Positions 41,822-56,470 are shown, counted from the stretch's first letter. The stretch is DNA of 64,000 nt from the human T2T-CHM13v2.0 reference genome, Homo sapiens (GCF_009914755.1 NC_060938.1), one strand, 5' to 3'. Notes: generated by a model from the sequence alone, not told the origin. Numbers and translations are program-made.

Positions 41822-44569
41822 TCCATAGTTAACAATGAAATAGAATGACAAATGGCATAGACTGAGAAAGTATTGTCAAGTCACTCCTCATTTGTTCTGT
41901 CTTTGTTATTCACCCATTAAAATTCACACTGCAGGAAGTTGATTCTTTCTTTTGAACACTGTTTTTAAAAAATGCTACATAAAGCTTTGTGTTAGCTTAT
42001 ATATGAGTTTTTAACAGAAATATAAACAAGTATCAAGAATATAGTACGAGTTGAATAAATTTTGTTTAAATAAATAAAAATTGAATGAACGGATCATTCA
42101 CTCTTCTAGCAGAAGACTTTAAAATATTCTTCAGTAGATGATGCACCAAGCTAGACTTGCACTGGGAGGAAAATTGTCAATACAGAGCTATAGGGCCAAA
42201 GAGTTCAGTAATTTTGAGGGGGGTGTGGTTGGGAGATGGGAACCTATACACATAGCAGCAGCAGAAATGTTTTCAAGGTCAAAAATATTGGGAGGGAATA
42301 GACTCACCTGCAGATTGGAGATGTTTAATTCAGTGATCTTAGTCTCTCAGACTTCTGCAAAAGTTATGCGTCCAATGTGAACAGAAACACATTGTTTCTA
42401 CTCATCAAACACATCAAACACATCTACAAAACATTTGTCCAGTGTGAAATCCATCAGTCATAACCCATCAGCCATCATTAAGTGGATCAGGTGGAAAATT
42501 TAGAGAGAAAGAGAATAGATCAAAGGGCAAAACCTGGTCAAATAAGATTGGCTAAAAAGTTTTAGGTTTGATGAGCTTAGCTAGCCTTAAATTGAATATT
42601 TGGGATATTTTAATAAAATTTTTGTAAATGTCTTTTAAAAATAAAATCATGTTGCTGTCATTTTGGTTTTCTATTTTGCAAGTGTTCTGGGATCATCCTG
42701 TACATAAAACCCAAGTTAAGAGTTCATAATTTTATGAAGTCCTATCTTTGATATTTCTCTTTCAGATAATACATTAATTTTTAACACATTTGGATAATTT
42801 CCTGCCTAAATATGTTGAATATAATAGAATTCTGGATTTATGTCACAGAGAATACTTGATTTTTTTTAACCATTCATGTTAAATGATGATCAGATATTGG
42901 CTAATACAGAGCCCATAGGCTTCCAAGTTCTAGGCAATGGCTTAGGCCCTGGGACTACATAAATTAGATTTCTTTACCCAAGGGTGGAGACAGACAAATG
43001 TATATAATTAAACCAAACATGCTAAATCCTATCTGCCCCCCTATGTCCTGTCCCTTTCGATGTACATAGTGTTATAATGGCTAATGAGTATGATGTTATA
43101 TTTACCAGTGCCATGATCATCTTCATCATCATCATCCATTTATATTAACAGTGTACACAGAACAAGTGCTGTTCTACCTTCTTGATTTTATACAGAGCAG
43201 TGTCCCTTGAGGCCTCGCAGACATCACAGGTTGTCCTAATAAAGGGCCACTGTGTCTGTGAGAAACTGCTGGTGCCCTAGAACAGTAATTCTGCAGCCGA
43301 TCCAGCCAGCCATAAAAGAGGAGTCAGGCACATTTCTAAGAACCAAATATCCTTTGACTCATTTCTTTGCAGTTACACAAATGTCAGTATGCCTGAAGTT
43401 GAGTCATCTTAGTCATAGAAGGGGAGTGGTGGAAAGAAAGCATGAAGAATGGGTGATTTCGAGAGGTGACTCCTTTCTCGTGCATGTAAGTTTACCGTCA
43501 TGCCAGCAAGTCCTCCGCTGACCAGTAGATGCATGCAAATGTTATCTCTAAGTAAGACAAATTAAACATAGACATGTGCTTCAAGAAGGGCTTCAATAGA
43601 TACATGGATTTTTAAAAATTTATAATAGCTAATTAAGGGGATCAAGGGGCAAGTGTGGTATATTTCAACACACCTTTAAACCTTTTGACGTTAATATTTT
43701 GGACATATTAACTGCTTATTTCAATGACTGTGGCATGTACACATCAGTGTGCTAGATAGCGGAAACACTAAACCACAAAAAGTTCCTTCCTGAAAAGTCT
43801 CCCCAAATCTGTTGTCTTTATCTTGTTTCATTGTGTCTAAGATCCTGGAAATGAAACTGCTGTTTTTATAAAGCAGCATTTCAAATATTGTCTACCATTC
43901 TGTATCTGTGTTCCTCAAAGGTCAGTGCATGTATTTAAATTTCTCCCACATATTCAAGCATTGCTGTGTATTTTCATCCAATTTACAACCTATTTCTTCA
44001 GTGTGAACAATTAATTTTCCTGAATAAATATGTATATTTGGTTCGGATACCCTTGAGGCTCTTGGGGCACAATTCAGATGCATACATGGAAACTGTTCAA
44101 CTAACTTGCAACTAGTTAGAAATCTGAGAAACCAAGGACATTGACTTTTTTAATTAGGAAAAACAACAACTCTTCCTTATTGAAATTCTAGCTGTTGTGC
44201 CTTAATTTCCTATTCTGATGTTTTCATTTTGAGGCTAGTTAGTTCTGGCCCACACTACCCCTACAATTTTGCTTACTTTTGGGCTTTTGAAAAACGTGTA
44301 AAATCATCCAATGAGAAGTAAAAACACATATGGAGTAACAGCCTCTAGTGGTGACCACAAGTCTGTGAGCCTAGAGGCTGCAGTCCATGACATGCACGAA
44401 GGCAGCGCAGGAGTTAGGTGATTGATATTTGTTGTTGTTGTTATTTTATTTCTATCATTCAAAGCTATATAAGAAGGTATGATCAGTTTCTGTTTTGTGT
44501 TATGTCTTCTAATTAGTTGATCTCATCAGCAGTCTGATGAGGGAACTGGTTTTAAAAATTCACAGAGAT

Positions 44570-44765
44570 GGTGATTTCTAATGTAGATTCCTAAGGCGGT
44601 ATAGAACCAATTTTTCCAAGCTTGCCTGCTTGGGGAAGAGGAAACAGTGCTGAGAAGTTACCTGATATATCTGTGGCCATAGAGAAAGTCAGGTTAAGAA
44701 GGACATGACTTATAATTGAAACCCTTGGTCCCTGAGCTTTTATCCACTTAATAGTTTTCTACCAT
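44570..44765 (-). mobile_element. MIR-family fragment (degraded)
   Basis: gaggaaacagtgctgagaagttacctgatatatctgtggccatagagaaagtcag. Confidence 0.5.
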
Positions 44766-45411
44766 CTGGATTCTAGAGTAGAGTATTCAAGGAATCCAAT
44801 TGACTGTCCCAAATAGAGTGGCCTTTAATCTTCCCACAAGATTGATAAAGAGAGGGAGAGTCCTTTACTGGAATAAATAGCCCTTCCTTTTGAGAGGACA
44901 ACCACTTCAGGATTGAGCTGGGTTGAATAATAGAAAAGAAAGTGGCATAATTTGACTTTGACTCTAACTATTGAGTGATGGAAATATTTTAAATACTTGT
45001 AGCCCACATAGACACTGTCAAATCGACATTATGGACTAGTATATTCACATAGCCTTACAGAAGTAATGACCACAGCCAGGGCTTCCCTGTCACAACTTTT
45101 CAGATGTGGTAGGGTAGACCATGTGTTCAAGGACCAGGAGAATTTGCCAGCCTCTCACCAAAATCTTCATACATTCCAAGGTAGCCTATTTCTTCCCCCT
45201 TATTTTCCAGTATATTTCCAGCATTGTCTGTTTATAGTTGTTAAAGTGTACAACATTTAAGTTGGCTAGGAATTTTATAATGAAGATGTAAAGGGGAAAT
45301 TAAGATAGAAGGCATTGAAGTGCTGAAAATACACTGTATCGCGTTTGGAAAATAATATATGTATGTCAGTCAAATGAAGATAGAAATTTTCTTGATATTT
45401 AAAAAAACAAC

Positions 45412-45525
45412 TGATAATGTGACTTCATGTGAAATTTCTTGATGCTTACTGAGCATAAAAAACATAAATGATAATGTGATTTCATGTGGAATTCCTGGTG
45501 GTTACTGAGCATAGAAAAGATGACA
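45412..45525 (+). repeat. About 57-bp imperfect tandem duplication
   Basis: tgataatgtgacttcatgtgaaatttcttgatgcttactgagcata (from 45412) versus tgataatgtgatttcatgtggaattcctggtggttactgagcata (from 45469). Confidence 0.9.
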
Positions 45526-45679
45526 TGCATTGCAGTGAGACAGATCATACTCTTACCCCATTTTTATGTGTTATTGAAATAAAGTGCTGCATGTAAGCAG
45601 CTTTTCCATAGTGAAGAGCAGTAAGACTCTCCATGTGGCAGGGAAATGTAACGGAAGGCGAACTACTGCTGAAACTTAC

Positions 45680-45783
45680 CTTTCCTGGCCGAATGGGGGA
45701 AGCACAGGGGGAAAAAAAGACATCATAGCAAGATTTTTCAATAGTTAAACAGTAGCATGTGAAATGGAGGCTGAATTGCAAGG
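45680..45783 (-). other. Candidate minus-strand exon (104 nt)
   Basis: Minus-strand acceptor ccctccttgtctctgattcag| and consensus donor AAG|gtaagt. Confidence 0.3.
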
Positions 45784-47117
45784 CTGAATCAGAGACAAGG
45801 AGGGTATTACAGGGTTGTAGAAGAATTGCTCAAAAAGGAAAGGATAACTGCATGATAATTGGGCCTTTGCCGATTTGGATTCTTGTGTTATTAATGGCTC
45901 AGCTGGGGTATTTTATTAGCAACGATTCTACCAGCTTGGGGAAGGCATCTAGAATCCATGCTCAGAATCACTAAGCTATCCTGCCTCTAACTGTGGTAAT
46001 AAATACATGGTATACTCTTTCACCATCAATTTTACCTTTAAGATAAAATAAGAAACAATCATTCCCACAATACGTAAAAATTTTCCACGTTGGTTAATAG
46101 ATGACAGAGATGAAATGAAAGGCATGGGCACACCTAAAATAAATGCTTCTATTTTTGCTTCTGTATGACATCTCCGACAAGCAATGGATTTTAGCCTGTT
46201 GTTGACTGTCAGTGACATACCTACATTTATGAAATTTTTCAACACCATGTAGGCCTGTGGTGCTAAGGTCGGACATGTGAAATACATGCAGGAATTAAAT
46301 TTCCACAATTGTTCAATTTCCAAACTTACCCAAATTAACAAAGCAATACATAATATTATCTTAGGAAAATAGTACCTGTCTTTAAAAAAAAAAAATCCAA
46401 AGCATTTTGCAGAAACTGTTTTTCTAATACATCTTCACTATAATTTTGTGAAGTAAATAGGACATTTATAGGCAGTATTTATTCTACATGGTGGATTAGA
46501 AAGCTATGATAGAGAGAGACTAAGGCTGTGCCTGCATAAGCTACAAAAAAGAAAGGAACATTCACTTGTGTATATTAGGACGTTTCATACTGTTCCCAGG
46601 GGGCAAATATGTAGTTTGTCTAGATAAAATAAACAGTTGCATGAGTGGTTATACCTTGAAATTCATTGTAGTAAACACACAAGAAAAAGGCCTGAGTCCT
46701 GCATCTCTGAGCTAAGATATCATTCTCTTCACCATGGTCATAGTGTGAGGCATGAACTTGACCTACGTTCCTCAGAGCCGAGTTTCTATTTGGAATTGTG
46801 GCCATACCCATGCCTAATCAATGAATCTTGAGGAAGAATCTGAGTACTGAAAAATAAGAATTCCAATGCAAAACAATTTTAAATAGCCCTTAAATTTAAA
46901 AATAAATGAAACATTTAAAAATGATAAATTAAGACAATTTCAAAAAATGTAAAACCTGCAGAATTCCCAACCAGTTAGTGACAGAAAGCAGTAACTCGTC
47001 AGTGCTAATGGACGGTTAAGTTTGCTAGGTGCCTAAAAGAGGCCAGAAACCAACCTGAGTGAAAAATTTCCTCGGTTTGTTACTCATTTGGAAGGAAGAT
47101 AAAAAATGGAATGTTAC

Positions 47118-47473
<356 letters not shown>

Positions 47474-47863
47474 TTACCCAGCTCCTCATGTTACAAATGA
47501 GCATACTGAGAAGAGACCTGATCCTGATTCAAGGTACTTGTCACTGGACCATGTTCCCTTTCTTGATGATACACAGAGGATGCTGAGATGGAGGACATCC
47601 CCAGCTCAGGGTGGTCTCAAGCCTGGTGAGGGGGAAGCTGCAGTAAATTCTAGTGTCCAATTCACTGCAACCCTGTCCCCCGACCAAGGGTGCTGACTAC
47701 TTTCGTTGGAGTTTCATGCCACAGAAGGTATTGACCAAAGTATGATTCAGGGTAATGCCAAATGATTATACCAATTCTTTCTTAATAGTTAACTTCACAA
47801 ATTTGTTATAATTCCAACTTTTTATCATTACAGAAAAGTTTGAAAGACGTGATTCTTTTCTTA

Positions 47864-48190
<327 letters not shown>

Positions 48191-48939
48191 GACTGTATGA
48201 AGAGCACAAACAGCTGTTTTTCTTACAAGCACATCTTTTATATTTGTTAAGAATGTTTTCCTAGTGTGCCACGGTAATAATGAATTTAGCAAATCATAAA
48301 ACCCCACTGTCCTTAGATTCCTCTTCAGTAAAGTTAAGCCATTGGACTTGCATAAGTCCACTTCAGTGCTGTGATTCTGTAACTTCAATGTGCACCAGAA
48401 GATTGTGGAATAATGTTGGATAGTTGTTCTTTTACTCAATTTCTGGATGTTTCACTTTTAACACTGTTAATTTCTTATGAGAGAATTTTAAGAAATATAA
48501 TATGCAGATGTATTCTATAAACTTATTATGCATATGCAAATTAGTATTATTAATTACATCACCTTTCCTAATATAAAACTTTATAGAGAGACTTCTGCAA
48601 CATTCCTTATCCAAACGTTTTAGTCAATAATCCATGTATATTCTAATTTCAAAGCAATAGCCTAAAGTAGAAAAAAAAGATAAAAGAATCTTAGAGTGCA
48701 GATAAAATTTCAGATTATCCAGTTAACATTACTTTTCAATAGCAGAATCCCTTGGAAATCTTATTGATCAAAATCATCCAACTGCTGTTTGAATATTTCC
48801 AGTGATAGCAAACTTGTTCCCTTTGAAGGCAGCCCATCCTATTATTGTACTATTCGCATTTTAAAAACTGTCTTCTTTATATTTTTCACTTTTTGATTCC
48901 GGTTTTGACTTCTGAATCTCTTTTATTTCTAAGAGTTCT

Positions 48940-49295
48940 TGTATTAGTCTGTTCTGATGCTGCTAATAAAGACATATCCGAGACTGGATAATTTATAAAG
49001 GAAATACATTTAATGGATTCACAGTTTCACGTGGCTGGGGAGGCCTCACAATCATGGCTGAGGGCAAAGGAGAAGCAAAGGCACGTCTTACATGGTGGCA
49101 GGTAAGAGCACCAGTGCAGGGAAACTCCCCTTTATAAAACCATCACATCTCATGAGACTTACTCAAGAACAACATGGGAAAGACCCTCCCCCATGATTCA
49201 ATTACCTCCCCCCAGGTTCCTCCCATGACATGTGGGAATCACGAAAGCTACAATTTAAGATGAGATTTTGGTGGGGACACAGCCAAACCATATCA
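48940..49295 (-). mobile_element. THE1 (ERVL-MaLR) solo LTR
   Basis: tgtattagtctgttct...ggggacacagccaaaccatatca; TG...CA ends; 5-bp TSD gttct/gctct. Confidence 0.95.
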
Positions 49296-49574
49296 GCTCT
49301 CTTCTACAATTTCTCCCTTAATTATTTCATGATTCCTCGTATGACATAGTTTGCAGATTTCTCGATGTACTACTTCATACTCAGTGTACCAATATTCTTA
49401 TGTGGTCTCAGTAGGGTGAAGACTGGGGGGAGGACTAAATCCTTGATCTAAAAATTATACTTGTATTAACATGGCTTAAAAATGATACTAGCTATTTAGC
49501 AGCCACTTCACTGTTTATTTGTCTAACTTTTGGTGAACTAAAGTTCCAGATCTCAGTCATAAGAATGACAGTCA

Positions 49575-49720
49575 ACTGAACATGGTGGTGCCTGCCTGCA
49601 GCCTCACCTACTCAGGAGACTGAGGTGGGAGGAGGGAGGATTGCGTGAGCCCAGGGGTTGGAATCCAGCCTGGGCAACAGAGCAAGTTCCTGTCTTAAAA
49701 AAAAAAAAAAATTAAAAAAC
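49575..49720 (+). mobile_element. FLAM / monomeric Alu
   Basis: catggtggtgcctgcctg...gaggattgcgtgagcccagg...ccagcctgggcaacagagcaag plus poly-A. Degenerate TSD ...gacagtcaa/...tacagttaa. Confidence 0.85.
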
Positions 49721-49735
49721 TACAGTTAAGCCAGG

Positions 49736-50088
49736 TGATACGGTTTGGCTGTGTCCCAAATCTCATATTGAATTGTAGTTCCCATAATCCGCATGTGTTG
49801 TGGGAGGTAATTGAATCATGAGGGTGGTTCCCCCATGCTATCCTCATGATAGTAAGTTCTCATGAGATCTGATGCTTTTGTAAGGGGCTTCGCCCTTCAC
49901 TTGGCTCTGTCTTCTCCTTGCTGCCGCCATGTGAAGAAGGACTTGTTTGCTTCCCATTGTGCCATGATTGTAAGTTTCCTGAGGCCTCCCCAGCCATACT
50001 GAACTGTGAGTCAATTAAACATCTTTATTTTATAAATTATGCAGTCTCAGGTATGTCCTTATTAGCAGCATGAGAACAAACGAATACA
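49736..50088 (+). mobile_element. THE1 (C/D-like) solo LTR
   Basis: tgatacggtttggctgtgtccc...gagaacaaacgaataca. Perfect 5-bp TSD ccagg (49731-49735, 50089-50093). Confidence 0.95.
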
Positions 50089-50731
50089 CCAGGTTTTCCC
50101 CATCTTGTATTTAAGGAAATGATTTGTTAGCGTCAGTTAAGACTTGACATTTAGTTCTGCTGCCTCTAAGTTTAATGTTTTCTGAACCTTGTTTACTTAA
50201 AGAGGTAAGGTTGAATCTTGATAATTTGATAATTTACCCTTACCTGAGTTCTCTCTCTCAAATACATTTTATCTGTATGAAATGTCTTTATGAAAACATT
50301 GTTTAAAATGTGGAATGATTCAGGATAATTACAGAGCAAATCAGTAGAAGAGAGAGCCCTTTACAGATTGACCAGCTTCCCTCAGTTAACACTGAATTCC
50401 TTTACTCAAGTTATTATTGCATTGTTCATAGTTATTACTCCATTTAACTATATTTTGTCTTCCACATTTTCCTCAATTTCAAGTCTATCGAATATGCTGC
50501 TAAAAACATCATTATACTTAAAGGGAAAATTTGACTATATATCTAGAAACTCTGTTAAAAAAGGAAAAAAAAAAAAGTTAATTCACCAAGATTTGTAATG
50601 CATGCTTGCTGCCTCCCAGTGATCACTGGTTTCTTTTACAGAGTTTTCTTAATTTCATATTTAATAAAATGTTCCAAAGATTGCTAACTTTATGTATTGA
50701 ATGAAATTCTATTAGTTTAGCTGGTAACTAC

Positions 50732-51252
50732 TGTCCCCAGCAGCTGAGAGGCTCAAACAAAAGAGCACCAGTAGGGAATCCAGTTGCATGGATCTTGTCC
50801 TGGAAGATACATGACATGCCTGGAGGTGCTCACCCCCTCCACACACGCTAAGGAGCCCAGGCAGAGAGGGGACCAGTGGGCCAAAGGCTTTATTGACTCC
50901 AGGGCATTATCCAAACAGATTTCCTGCAGGGGAGCTTTAATTGCAGGGTTTAAAGCAGCAGCCACTAGTTCCAGGAGGTCACGCTGTGACTGAGAAGGAG
51001 TCACTTTAAGTTTGCAGGCAAATGTCTGAATGGTCCATTTACAGGAAGTGGCAGGAAAGTGGGGAGCCCAGCCTGCTAGGTGGAAGAGATGCCTCTGAGT
51101 TTTATCTCTGGTCACCAGCTGGAGCCATTCGGGTAGGGTATAATGTTGGAAACTGTGTCAAGGGTGACTGAGACCTGCTTCTGGTATGAGAAAGTTAACC
51201 TTTTATGTGAAAATAGATGCTGAGGCAACATAAAATTAAAAGCACCCACTGT
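50732..51252 (-). mobile_element. ERVL-type solo LTR (MER73/74/76-like, subfamily uncertain)
   Basis: Minus strand reads taattttatgttgcctcagcatc...ttaactttctcataccagaagcagg...cagtcacccttgacacagtttcca; AATAAA near 50890; ends ...ggggaca. Confidence 0.7.
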
Positions 51253-51639
51253 GGTACTGGATCTTTTGATTATGGCTTGCCTACATCATGGAACTTGAAC
51301 TATTTAATTTGGTACATTTGTATTTTTTTCCATTTTAGTAGAAGAAATTTACACTTTGTCTTTTGGAATCTTCAAGTCACCTTGAGAGACATTCGATTTA
51401 GAATCCCTAGTCATGGAATTATGTCTGTCTGTTCACTATGCATTAAGAATCTGTATGCCTAAAACTCAGGGCGTGGGACTGAGGATACCCAGCCTTTTCT
51501 TTCTTTATGATGATGACCACAGTTGCAGTGTTACAACTTTGTTTAAGGTTCTTGTCTATACCTCCTCCATGTTCCTTCCTCTTTTTGTCCAGAAGAGAAC
51601 AAGCAGGGGGTGAAAACTTGCCAAACAAGTCATGTGAGC

Positions 51640-51990
51640 AGTGACGGGATGACATGGGGTTGTTAAGCCTGGGGAAAAGAAAGTTTGTGCAAACAAAGTA
51701 ACTGTCTTCGAACATTTGAGAGACATTGAGTTGAGGTAGAAGAGTTAGTTTGAGTCTGCAGATTCAGAGAAATTTGAATTAAGGCCAGTAACTAAGCAAA
51801 TTTTAATGTCATTATAAAGACATCTTGGTCTAAACTGGTGAAACATGGAATGACCCATTTCCTGACCAGCGTCACTGGAGGGTCCAAGGACTACTGGGGC
51901 TATCCCATGGCAGAGTCGGGTTAGATGGAGTCCATGTGGATCGGCCTGGGTAGTGTTCACGATTCCTCCAACCCTGAGATCACATGATTT
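51640..51990 (+). mobile_element. Second L3/CR1 3' fragment, opposite orientation
   Basis: ttaagcctggggaaaagaa...aactgtcttcgaacatttga...atggaatg...cgtcactggagggtccaag...ttcctccaaccctgagatcacatgatt. Confidence 0.7.
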
Positions 51991-53451
51991 TTATGCTTTA
52001 TATATTTATATCTTGTTTAAAAGAGATCTAAGGAAATGCTATGAAAATCAGTGCACATCTATTCACATTCCCCTTTTTCCTTCTAAAAGTTGAAACTGCC
52101 TGTAAGGCAGGAATTTATCAGATGCTCTGCTTTTGCCCGAATGTTACTCCCAACAGATAGTCTAATGCTTGAGGTTCCCTCATCATCATCTTATCATTCT
52201 GCTACCCAATTTAATTATCTGCTTTCGGAAATCATCCTTCTTATCCACCATGCTATGATCTTCTCTCACAGCAACTTAAGTATTTTTTATTTAAACCAAA
52301 ATATTCTCCATTGTGTTCCCACCTTCTAGGATTATTTTCTCCTCAGGTTGTTTACATTGTTTGTGTTTGTTCACAACAGACTGTACTATTCTTCGGCACT
52401 TGGTTAATTGTATTTATTTTGATCAATACACACCCTCTGTCATTGTTCTCCATGCATGAGTCACATCGCTCTGAGTTGAGGTGTATACTGCTTATTCCTT
52501 TGTGTTAAAAAAATTTCTATTATTCTCCTTTATGCTAATATTTAAGTTCATTTTGTTTTATTGTCAACATTTTACATATTACTATATGTACTTCAAAAAC
52601 TAAGTATTCGTAGCAAAACCTCTGTTATCATTCCGTCTTTGTGAAACTCACTGTCTTCTACTACAGCTATTCTCCTGTAGAATTTTACCTGTTTCACCCC
52701 AACTCTGACATGTGCCTCCAATTTCTCTTTGAAATATTTTTATATCTCACATACACATTTCCTGATCTTTAGAATAATTTCTCTATCTTGAGCCAGATGA
52801 GTGAAATATAACTCTGTTATACAATTGAAAAAACATTTCCAATAACAAAAAATATGTTGACACTATTCTCTTGACCAGCTTTCTCATACCAAGCCATAAC
52901 CTCAAGGATGAAGATATTTCCCCAAGGCCTTCAGTTTCAGACCCAGAGCTTTAAATCTTCAAGAGACAATTTGGAACATTTTCTATAACTACCATTTATT
53001 CTCTCTTCAAGTCAACCTACTTGAATAGGAATTTGCAGGTTCAGTGGCATATCATTTTAAGCAAGAATGAACTTCTTGGTTACCCATGTTGAATAACCAA
53101 CCCATTGTTTAGGAGACAGTCACCAGCTGACCCACCAACCTTCTTTCTCTGGAGGGTACACAGGGACCTCCCTGGGCTGAGGCCTGTGCCTCTTCTTTGG
53201 GTAAGGAGTGTTGCACTTTTTTTTTTTTTTTTCAGAAGATCCAAATTTAACTGCTATGGTCAGTGCCATTTACAGTTTTTGTGGCTTTAGTGAAATCTAG
53301 TTTTCTCTTATCTTTTTCCTCAATGATAGCTTCAATTCTCTAATCTTCTGATGTTCCGTTTGAGTCAACATCAACCCCACTGAAATCTTTTCTTCCAGTT
53401 TTCATCTTGGATTATTTTTTCCATCTTCTCTAGGGACACTTCATGCTTTCT

Positions 53452-53758
<307 letters not shown>

Positions 53759-54624
53759 ACTTCATGCTTTCTAATAAGCAAGAGGATACATAGATATTCC
53801 TGAAATTCTTTCATGTTCTTTACTAGATAGTTGTATCTCATTCCTCCCTCGGAAGAGATGGAGAAAAACTTGTTAGCAGTCTCAGCAGAAAATTCTTGAG
53901 ATGGCTCAGGAGTTTCCATTGAATCATCCTTGGTCTTTTTCTTTTCTTTCTTTCTTTTTAACTGCGTAATTCTATTCTATTGCCTAATGTCTTATAGGAT
54001 TTATTTTATAAAATCTTTATGACTTTCTGTCAGTTGTATTCATGTTTTCTATAGCATTAGTTACAGAGAACAAAATCTATTAAGTATATTCATGTATGAT
54101 CTGACCAATGCTGCAAAATGAGATAATATTTTCTATGCTACCTAGTGTTTTCTAATATGTTGATTTGAGGTGAAATACTATGTTTGAATCTTACAGCAGG
54201 CTCATTAACTAATACAACTACGTTTGTATGTAGCTACCTATTGCATAATGCATCTTACAAATATTTACCAAATAGCAATATGCACGAGATGCTATTCTGA
54301 ATGGTGGGATATACTTATGAGCTAAGCAGGTGTCTTCATCTAAAGAAGCTCACAATCTGTGGAGAGAGAGATAGACCTGTAATAGCAATCCATTGTGCTG
54401 AGTGCTATCACATGGGCATATGCAAAAGGCCGTTGGGGCCTAAAGGACTATCTTAGCTTGGTGGTAGAAGTTCAGAGAGTCTTTGCAGAGGATAGTACTT
54501 GTAAGCTAAGTTTTTATGGGTGGGTAAGATGTCACATGAATGAGAGAATTCTAAATGCAAGAAATGTGCAAAGGCACAGAAACACAGAAGAGCATGTTGT
54601 ACAACCTGGCTATAGTTTAGATTT

Positions 54625-54684
54625 TGTGTGTGTGCTATGAGAGTGTGCGTGTGCTGTGAGTGTGTGTGTGGGCGCACGCACGCA
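54625..54684. repeat. Imperfect (TG)n/(CG)/(CA) alternating repeat
   Basis: tgtgtgtgtg...gtgtgtgtgtgggcgcacgcacgca. Confidence 0.8.
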
Positions 54685-54915
54685 TTTGTAGGAGGTAGGG
54701 AGAAGAGTGCCGGCATAACATGAAATGATATTGGACCTCAAATGGTATGCTAAGATGTTTGACAATTTTATTCTAAGCAGTGAGTTTTTAAATTTAGACA
54801 TGCAACTATAACATGAAAGAGGATTTCGATATTAGGAGTAGTGTGACCACTATGGAAAGAAGAGAAAATAGTGAGGGCCTAAAACTAAGGTAGCAGCAGG
54901 GGTGAGAACAGAATT

Positions 54916-55215
54916 GGCTGGGCAAAGTGGCACATACCTGTAATGCCAGTGCTGTGGGAGGCTGAGGCAGGAAGATTATTTGAATCCAGGGGTTTCAAGC
55001 CAGCCTGGGCAACACAGTGAGATCTTGTCTCTACAAAATATAAAGAAAATTAGCCAGGCATAGTGGCACACACCTATAGTATGAGCTACTCAGAAGGCTA
55101 AGGCAGGAGGATTGCTTAAGCCCAGGAGTTCAAGGTTAGAGTGAGCTATGATTGTGCCACTGTACTCTAGCCTGGATGAAAAAGTGAGACCCTATCTCTT
55201 AAAAAAAACAAAAAC
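54916..55215 (+). mobile_element. AluJ (Jo-like)
   Basis: ggaggattgcttaagcccaggagttcaaggtt...gtgagctatgattgtgccactg; aacagaa on both flanks. Confidence 0.93.
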
Positions 55216-55799
55216 AGAAGGATTAAGTGACATTTAGAAAGTAGGAGAGATTGGATTTGGAGACTGAGTCTCTACATGTGTGGCAGAGGGAACAGTTAGC
55301 CTCCAGCACGTCTGGCCAGAATATTTGGGTAGATAGTGATAATGATAAGTATGAATTATGTAGGAGGAGGGATGGAGAAGATTATTAATTCGATTGGACA
55401 GATAAAAAATTTGAAGTGCTTTTAAGACATATGTTAAAGATGGGACTGATTAGGGTTGAAACTTAGGAGGCTTAGAGATACAGATTTGAACATCATTTGA
55501 ATTTGTGTAGGTTGTAGTAAAAGTCATGCACTTGGATGAGATCCTCTAAGAAGAACATATAAAGTTTTAAAAGAAGAAAATTCAGGGCCCAGAATCCTAG
55601 GGAACTCCATAATTTAAGGGGATAACAGATTTCATCTCTCTAAAAGACAGTCCAAAGATAGAATAGGAATCTTGAAGAGAGTAGTGAAGATTGGAAATGG
55701 CAACTGCAAAAGAAGCTCGTGAGCTCCATGCGGAAGGGTCGCTGAGGGCAAAGTGGTGCTGAGGGCCCATCTAGGTGTTGATAGCATACATTTTGCATC

Positions 55800-56470
55800 T
55801 TACTTTATTCCATGAACTGTGCTTGATACATAGCGCTGTGGTTGTCCTTACCAATTTAATGATGTTTCTGATGATCATTGTTCCTATTTGGCAAGATTAC
55901 TTTAAATTCTGAGATTATCTTGCAAGGAAGAACTTCATTTGCACCTAAATTTTGGTGGTCTTTATCATAATGAGGAACATCTCTCTGCCATCATCTGGAT
56001 CCACGATGAAAATATCAAAGTGCCCCTGAGACAAGGATGAAACGTTGCCGAAAACTGCTGTCCCTCTTCCAAATGTCTGTACAGATGTGAATGAAAAATA
56101 GCAGCATACAAGCATGTGAACTGGCTTGGTCAGCCCAGCCTGAGTGAGCAGGCCAAAATCTGTCTGCACCAGATGCCAGCCAGGTCCAAGAGAAACCCCA
56201 AACGATCTGATAATAAAGAGGAAACCCTGATACGTCTGTGGCCAAAAATAATTAGCAATGGAAATGGAAGGGCACTTAAAGGAGGAGGAAATAAAGGAGG
56301 AGAAGGGATTTTTCAAAAAGAATCTCTGGGCAGACACTCAAGGAGAGTTAAACACCCCAACCGCATAGGCCTCAAGGGAGCAGGTAGAGGTGACATTGTC
56401 TGCTGTATGTCCACCGAAAAGAGACTGCAGGAGTTCTGGACAGAGTGCACATTCACCCGAGTGATAAGGC
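55800..56470 (-). mobile_element. CR1-clade LINE reverse-transcriptase relic
   Basis: Minus-strand NVSSLSQGHFDIFIVDPDDGREMFLIMIKTTKI resembles CR1 VTSGVPQG..LFNIFINDLDDGIESMLIKFADDTKL. Downstream DNLRI*SNLAK*EQ*S resembles EDRIRIQNDLDKLEKWS. Confidence 0.7.

Larger units (their letters stand above)
54255..55770 (-). mobile_element. L2 fragment interrupted by an AluJ and a (TG)n repeat
   Basis: acaaatattta...aagaagctcacaatct...tttgaagtgcttttaagacat...cttggatgagatc...ccagaatcctagggaactcca. Confidence 0.75.

Noticed and set aside
44338-44356. CTCF-like CCACTAGAGGC on the minus strand
   Set aside because: One G short of the core consensus and no supporting context.
50753-51115. 120-aa and 69-aa ORFs
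   Set aside because: Both lie inside an ERVL-type LTR.
51733-51754. let-7-like tgaggtag
   Set aside because: Only the seed matches, it lies within L3, and no hairpin is evident.
55753-55763. REST/NRSE half-site (TCAGCACCAC, minus strand)
   Set aside because: The GGACAG half-site is absent.
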